A program made the translations under genes and the position numbers. A stretch of DNA of 38,740 bases from Betaproteobacteria bacterium RIFCSPLOWO2_12_FULL_68_19. Its GTDB lineage: Bacteria > Pseudomonadota > Gammaproteobacteria > Burkholderiales > SG8-39. The stretch covers positions 1 to 38,740 of the forward strand of contig MERP01000029.1 in the NCBI GenBank assembly GCA_001772055.1, written 5' to 3'. A model generated the notes under the pieces. It made no database searches. It saw only the letters and a list, made by a program, of their open reading frames with translations, and had not been told where the DNA came from. Of this stretch, positions 33,923 to 38,740 are shown piece by piece. Position 1 is the stretch's first letter. Every line of letters starts with the position of its first letter.

Positions 33923-35911
33923 TCACCATTTCTCCTTCAGGGCCTTGTTCAATTCCACGAGATCGGCGATAGGCTCGAGGCAGGTAACGCCGCGGCATAG
34001 CCAGGCGTTGACCGGCCCAGGACGCGGCGGCTTGTCGAGCGAAGCCGGCAGGCCTGCGCTGCCCTCGGGCAGCGCCACCACCATCGCCGCAGGCAGGTAT
34101 GCGCGCGCGAGCTCGGCCTGCCAGGCGGCGAGCGCCTGGCGCTCTCCCCTGAGGATGAGCAGCGAGGGCGGCTCGAGCTGCTCGTCGAGCGCGACCGCCA
34201 TGGTCGCGAAGCCTGCCGGGTACTCGCGCATCGCGGGGTAGAAGCACTCGAGCGTGCGCTCGGCGGCGCGGGCGTAGCGCGTTTCGCCGCTCAGCGCGGC
34301 AAGCCGCGCGAGCCCCCAGGCGGCGAGCGCGTTTCCCGAGGGCGTGGCCTGGTCGTGCCCCGGCTTGGGGCGATGGATGAGCTGCTCGTGGCTGCGCGCG
34401 GTGAAGAAGAACCCGCCGCCTTGCGCGTCCTCGAACTGCTCGAGCAGCACGTCGGCGAGCTCGCGCGCGAAGGCCAGATCCCCGACCTGGAATTCGCCCT
34501 GCATGAGCTCGAGCAGCGCCGCAACGAGAAACGCGTAATCGTCGAGGTAGGCGTCGAGGTGCGCGCGGCCGTCCTTGTAGGTGGCGAGCAGCCGTCCATC
34601 GCGCCACATCGCCGCGCGCACGAAATCGAGCGCCCGGCGCGCCGAGGCGATCCATTCGCCGCGGCCGAACACGCGGCCGGCGTGCGCCATGCCGCGGATC
34701 GCAAGCGCGTTCCACGAAGCGAGCACCTTCTCGTCGCGGCCCGGGCGCACGCGCTTCTCGCGCGCGGCGAAGAGCTTGCGTTTCGCTTCTTCCAGGGCTC
34801 CGGGGTCCTCGAGCGGCGCGGCGACGCGCAAGTGCCAGTGCCGGTTCTCGAAGTTGGGCGGGCCGTCGAGCCCGTAGTGGGAGGCAAGGACTTCGAACTC
34901 CTCCCGGCCGAGAAGCGCTCGCAGCTCCTCGCGGCTCCAGACGTAGAACTTGCCCTCCTCGTGCTCGCTGTCGGCGTCGAGCGAGGAGTAGTAGCCGCCT
35001 TCCGGGGACTGCATCTCGCGCATCAGCCAGAGCGCCGTCTCCTGCGCGCAGCGCGCATAGAGCGCCTCGCCGCCGGTGAGCCAGGCGTCGGCGAGCAGCC
35101 CGAGCAGCGGGCCGTTGTCGTAGAGCATTTTCTCGAAGTGCGGGATGGTCCATTGCGCATCCACGCTGTAGCGGCAGAATCCGCCGCCGAGCTGGTCGTA
35201 GATGCCGCCCTCGCACATGCGCTTGAGCGTGAGGTGCGCCATGTCGAGCTCGCCGTGGCGCAGGCAAAGCTCGAGATCGCTCGGGTGCGGGAATTTCGGC
35301 GCGCCGCCAAAACCGCCGTGGCGCGCGTCGAAGCTCGCGCGCAGGTTGTCGAGCATCGCGCGCGCCACCTCGCCCGAGAGCGGCGCGCGCCCGGCCGGGC
35401 GCTGCGGCACGGTGCGCGCGAGAGCCTGCAGCACTTCGCGGTTCTGCGCCGCGATCTCGGCGCGCCTGTCGCGCCAGATCGCGGCGATGCGCTCGCACAG
35501 CTCCGGGAAGCCCGGCAGCCCGTGGCGCGCCTCTTTCGGGAAGTAGGTCCCGCCGAAGAACGGCGTGCCGTCGGGCGAAAGGAACATGGTGAGCGGCCAG
35601 CCGCCGGGACGCTGCGCGAGCATCTGGTGCGCGCCCTGGTAGATCTGGTCGAGGTCGGGCCTCTCCTCGCGGTCGACCTTCACGTTGACGAACAGGCGAT
35701 TCATCAACGCCGCGACCTGCGGGTCCTCGAAGCTCTCGTGCGCCATGACGTGGCACCAGTGGCAGGCCGAGTAGCCCACCGAGAGCAGGATCGGCTTGTC
35801 CTCGCGCCGCGCGCGCTCGAGCGCCTCCGCACCCCATGGATACCACTCCACGGGGTTGGCGGCGTGCTGCTGCAGGTAGGGAGAGGTCTCCTGCGCGAGG
35901 CGGTTCAGCGT
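33923..35911 (-). CDS. Thioredoxin-domain / alpha-alpha-toroid protein (YyaL/DUF255/SPATA20 family)
   Basis: [59 protein letters not shown]. The conserved N-terminus lies upstream of the ORF-track start; only ACG 35911 or CTG 35908 are available as starts. Confidence 0.9.
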   Translation of the reverse strand, partial: TLNRLAQETSPYLQQHAANPVEWYPWGAEALERARREDKPILLSVGYSACHWCHVMAHESFEDPQVAALMNRLFVNVKVDREERPDLDQIYQGAHQMLAQRPGGWPLTMFLSPDGTPFFGGTYFPKEARHGLPGFPELCERIAAIWRDRRAEIAAQNREVLQALARTVPQRPAGRAPLSGEVARAMLDNLRASFDARHGGFGGAPKFPHPSDLELCLRHGELDMAHLTLKRMCEGGIYDQLGGGFCRYSVDAQWTIPHFEKMLYDNGPLLGLLADAWLTGGEALYARCAQETALWLMREMQSPEGGYYSSLDADSEHEEGKFYVWSREELRALLGREEFEVLASHYGLDGPPNFENRHWHLRVAAPLEDPGALEEAKRKLFAAREKRVRPGRDEKVLASWNALAIRGMAHAGRVFGRGEWIASARRALDFVRAAMWRDGRLLATYKDGRAHLDAYLDDYAFLVAALLELMQGEFQVGDLAFARELADVLLEQFEDAQGGGFFFTARSHEQLIHRPKPGHDQATPSGNALAAWGLARLAALSGETRYARAAERTLECFYPAMREYPAGFATMAVALDEQLEPPSLLILRGERQALAAWQAELARAYLPAAMVVALPEGSAGLPASLDKPPRPGPVNAWLCRGVTCLEPIADLVELNKALKEKW

Positions 35912-36282
35912 TAGCGCACCGAGCGGGTGAACGGGAAGATCTTGGTGAAGCCCAGGATGTCGGTGATGAGCAGCACGAGGAACACCAGCACGATGGCGCC
36001 GACGATGCTGCCGCCCGCGGGCAGGCTGTCGAGCTGCGCGGCGAGCTGCGCGGCCTCCTCGTCCGTGAGCGCCGCGACGCGCGCCTTCACATCCGCAGGC
36101 TCGACGCCGTAAGCTTGCAGCTGCGCGCGCACGTCCGCCCGGTCGAGCAGCGTCGAGATGCGGCTGCGCTCGGCGCTCGCCGCCGCGGCATCGGTTGCGA
36201 CCAGGGCGGCCTGCGCCGGGACGCTGAAACCCAGGCCGGCGAGGGATAGGATCAACAGGCTGGAAATGAAGCGACGAAGCAT
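35911..36282 (-). CDS. PA2779-family small exported/membrane protein
   Basis: Signal peptide (AQA), [16 protein letters not shown]-terminal [17 protein letters not shown]; RBS AGGAGG. Confidence 0.85.
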   Translation of the reverse strand: MLRRFISSLLILSLAGLGFSVPAQAALVATDAAAASAERSRISTLLDRADVRAQLQAYGVEPADVKARVAALTDEEAAQLAAQLDSLPAGGSIVGAIVLVFLVLLITDILGFTKIFPFTRSVR

Positions 36283-36328
36283 GGTGCCTCCTTTTTTGGC
36301 GGTTGTTACGTTTTCAGCTTAGCACTTC

Positions 36329-36898
36329 ATGACGACCGCGAGCCACCTCGACGTGCTGCAGTTCTGGTTCGGCGCGCCGCGCGGGCCGAGGCTCAGGCGC
36401 TGGTTCGAGAAGGACCCCGCCTTCGACGCCGCGATCCGCGACCGTTTCCTGCCGCTCTACGAGCAGCTCGCCGCCGGCGGCCGCGCAGACTGGCTGGACG
36501 ACGCCGAGCGCTGCCTGGCGCGCATCGTGGTGCTCGACCAGTTCCCGCGCAACATGTTTCGCGGCTCGGCCCGCGCCTTCGCCGCCGATTCCCTGGCGCT
36601 CAGCGCGGCGCGCCACGCCGTCGCGCGCGGCTACGACCGCGCGCTGCTGCCGGTGGAGCGCTTGTTTACCTACCTGCCGTTCGAGCACAGCGAGACGCTC
36701 GAGGACCAGCTGCGGGCCTGCGAGCTGTGCGAGCCGCTCGGCGCCTTTGCCGAGACCGACGACGCTTACCGCTACGCGGCTGCGCACCGCGACCTCATCC
36801 GGCGTTTTGGCCGCTTCCCGCACCGCAATGCCGCCCTCGGGCGCGCGAGCACGCCCGAGGAGATCGAATTTCTCAGGCAGCCCGGCTCAAGCTTCTGA
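36329..36898 (+). CDS. DUF924 family protein
   Basis: [42 protein letters not shown]. Confidence 0.92.
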   Translation: MTTASHLDVLQFWFGAPRGPRLRRWFEKDPAFDAAIRDRFLPLYEQLAAGGRADWLDDAERCLARIVVLDQFPRNMFRGSARAFAADSLALSAARHAVARGYDRALLPVERLFTYLPFEHSETLEDQLRACELCEPLGAFAETDDAYRYAAAHRDLIRRFGRFPHRNAALGRASTPEEIEFLRQPGSSF

Positions 36899-38569
36899 AT
36901 CCGTGATCGCGCCGCGCGAGGCGGTGGAGACGAGCTTCATGTACTTCGCCAGCAGGCCGCGGGTGTAGCGTGGCTTCGGTGCCTTCCATTTCTTGCGCCG
37001 CGCGGCGAGCTCCTTCGCCGACACGTTCAGCTGGATGAGGCGCTTTTTCGCGTCGATGGTGATCGAGTCGCCTTCTTTCACCAGCGCGATGGCGCCGCCG
37101 GCGTAAGCCTCGGGCGCGACGTGGCCGACCACCATGCCCCAGGTGCCCCCGGAGAACCGGCCGTCGGTCAGCAACCCGACCGACTCTCCCAGCCCCTGGC
37201 CGATGAGCGCCGAGGTCGGCGCGAGCATCTCCTGCATCCCGGGGCCGCCTTTCGGGCCCTCGTAGCGGATCACGATCACGTCGCCCGCCTTGATGCGCTT
37301 GGCCAGGATCGCCTTCAACGCGGCCGGCTCCGAGTCGAAAACCCGCGCCGGGCCCGTGATGGAGGTGCTCTTCAGGCCGGTGATCTTCGCCACGCAGCCC
37401 TCCGGAGAGAGGTTGCCTTTCAGGATCGTGAGATGGCCTTCGCGGTACAGCGGCTTCGACCAGGGGCGGATCACCTCCTGGTCGGCGCGCGGCTCGGCGG
37501 GCACGTCCTTCAGCATCTCGGCCATGGTGCGGCCGTGGATGGTCATGCACTCGCCGTGCAGCACGCCGTTCGCCAGCAGCATCTTGAGCACCTGCGGCAC
37601 GCCGCCGGCGCGATGGAAGTCGACCGCCACGAAGCGGCCGGAGGGTTTGAGGTCGCACAGCACCGGCACTTTGCGGCGCACCCGCTCGAAGTCGTCGATC
37701 GTCCATTTCACGCCCGCGGCGTTGGCGATCGCGAGGTAATGCAGCACCGCGTTGGTCGAGCCGCCGGTCGCCATCACCAGCGCGACCGCGTTCTCGATCG
37801 ACTTGCGCGTGATGATGTCGCGCGGCTTGAGGTCGCGCTTGATCGCCTCGAACAGCACGCGCGCCGACGCGGCGGCCGAATCGGCCTTCTCGGCGTCGGG
37901 CGAGGCCATCTGCGAGGAGCCGAGCAGGCTCATGCCGAGCGCCTCGAACGAGGACGACATCGTATTGGCGGTGTACTGTCCGCCGCAGGCGCCGACGCTC
38001 GGACAGGCGTTCCTCTCGATCCCGGCAAAGTCCTCCTCGCTCATCTTGCCGGCGCAGAATGCTCCGACCGCCTCGAAGGGGCTGACGATAGTGAGGGTCT
38101 GCCCCTTCCAGTGGCCGGGCTTGATGGTGCCGGCATACACGAAGATCCCCGGCACGTTGATGCGCGCCATGGCCATCATGCTGCCGGGCATGTTCTTGTC
38201 GCAGCCGCCGACGCACAGCACCCCGTCCATCAGCTGCCCGTTGACCGCGGTCTCGATGGCGTCGGCAATCACCTCGCGCGAGACCAGCGAGTACTTCATG
38301 CCCTCGGTGCCCATGCCGATGCCGTCGGTGACCGTCGGAAAGCCGAAGGTCTGCGGCTTCGCGCCTGCCTGCTCGAGGGCAGCCACGGCGCGCTCGACGA
38401 GCGGCTGGATGCCGGCGTTGCAGGGGTTCATGGTCGAGTGCCCGTTCGCCACGCCGACGATCGGCTTGTCGAAGTCGCCGTCGCCGAAGCCCACCGCGCG
38501 CAGCATTGCCCGGTTGGGCGAGCGCGCGACGCCCTGGGTGATGAGGCGGCTGCGCCGGTTGTACGCCAT
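36887..38569 (-). CDS. ilvD: Dihydroxy-acid dehydratase
   Basis: [52 protein letters not shown]; RBS AAGGAG. Confidence 0.97.
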   Translation of the reverse strand: MAYNRRSRLITQGVARSPNRAMLRAVGFGDGDFDKPIVGVANGHSTMNPCNAGIQPLVERAVAALEQAGAKPQTFGFPTVTDGIGMGTEGMKYSLVSREVIADAIETAVNGQLMDGVLCVGGCDKNMPGSMMAMARINVPGIFVYAGTIKPGHWKGQTLTIVSPFEAVGAFCAGKMSEEDFAGIERNACPSVGACGGQYTANTMSSSFEALGMSLLGSSQMASPDAEKADSAAASARVLFEAIKRDLKPRDIITRKSIENAVALVMATGGSTNAVLHYLAIANAAGVKWTIDDFERVRRKVPVLCDLKPSGRFVAVDFHRAGGVPQVLKMLLANGVLHGECMTIHGRTMAEMLKDVPAEPRADQEVIRPWSKPLYREGHLTILKGNLSPEGCVAKITGLKSTSITGPARVFDSEPAALKAILAKRIKAGDVIVIRYEGPKGGPGMQEMLAPTSALIGQGLGESVGLLTDGRFSGGTWGMVVGHVAPEAYAGGAIALVKEGDSITIDAKKRLIQLNVSAKELAARRKKWKAPKPRYTRGLLAKYMKLVSTASRGAITDSEA

Positions 38570-38605
38570 TTGCCGTTTCTCCTTGTGATCTAATCGCCAA
38601 TTCTA

Positions 38606-38740
38606 ATGTTGGTCCATCCGAATATCGATCCGATCGCCTTCTCGATCGGTCCGCTGGCGGTGCGCTGGTACGGCCTCATGTACCTCGCCGGCTTCGCCGC
38701 CGGCTGGTGGCTCGGGCTGAGGCGAATCGCAAGCGGCCGC
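38606..38740 (+). CDS. lgt: Prolipoprotein diacylglyceryl transferase, 5' fragment
   Basis: Manual translation [30 protein letters not shown]; runs off the window end. Confidence 0.93.
   Translation, partial: MLVHPNIDPIAFSIGPLAVRWYGLMYLAGFAAGWWLGLRRIASGR

Overview
High-GC, very compact chromosomal segment from a betaproteobacterium (gltB insertion type, gene order and an anti-hemB-like RNA all fit). Most of it is conserved housekeeping backbone: partial gltB, aroB-aroK, pilMNOPQ, mrcA, cyaY, lptM-lysA, cytochrome c4/yihA/hemB, dsbD-cutA, an epimerase/ferredoxin-reductase pair, livKHMGF, a YyaL-like gene, DUF924, ilvD and partial lgt. Between lysA and cytochrome c4 (about 14.4-22.6 kb) lies a variable block: an RND pump without an outer-membrane factor, a NYN/LOTUS nuclease, Mug, and an ECF sigma/anti-sigma pair with two cytochromes c. 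I saw no integrase, transposase, CRISPR array, tRNA or rRNA. The best signals are non-coding: (1) a four-hairpin anti-hemB-like sRNA with an apparent sigmaE promoter and C/U-rich loops; (2) a 9-bp repeat forming a five-tract G-quadruplex motif in the pilM leader; (3) a shared ECF-type promoter motif linking the sigma factor to the cytochrome genes; (4) bidirectional -10 elements and apparently leaderless genes; (5) a 7-bp repeat frameshift in the epimerase; (6) a non-canonical start in the YyaL-like gene. I cannot show from sequence alone that any of these is a new system.
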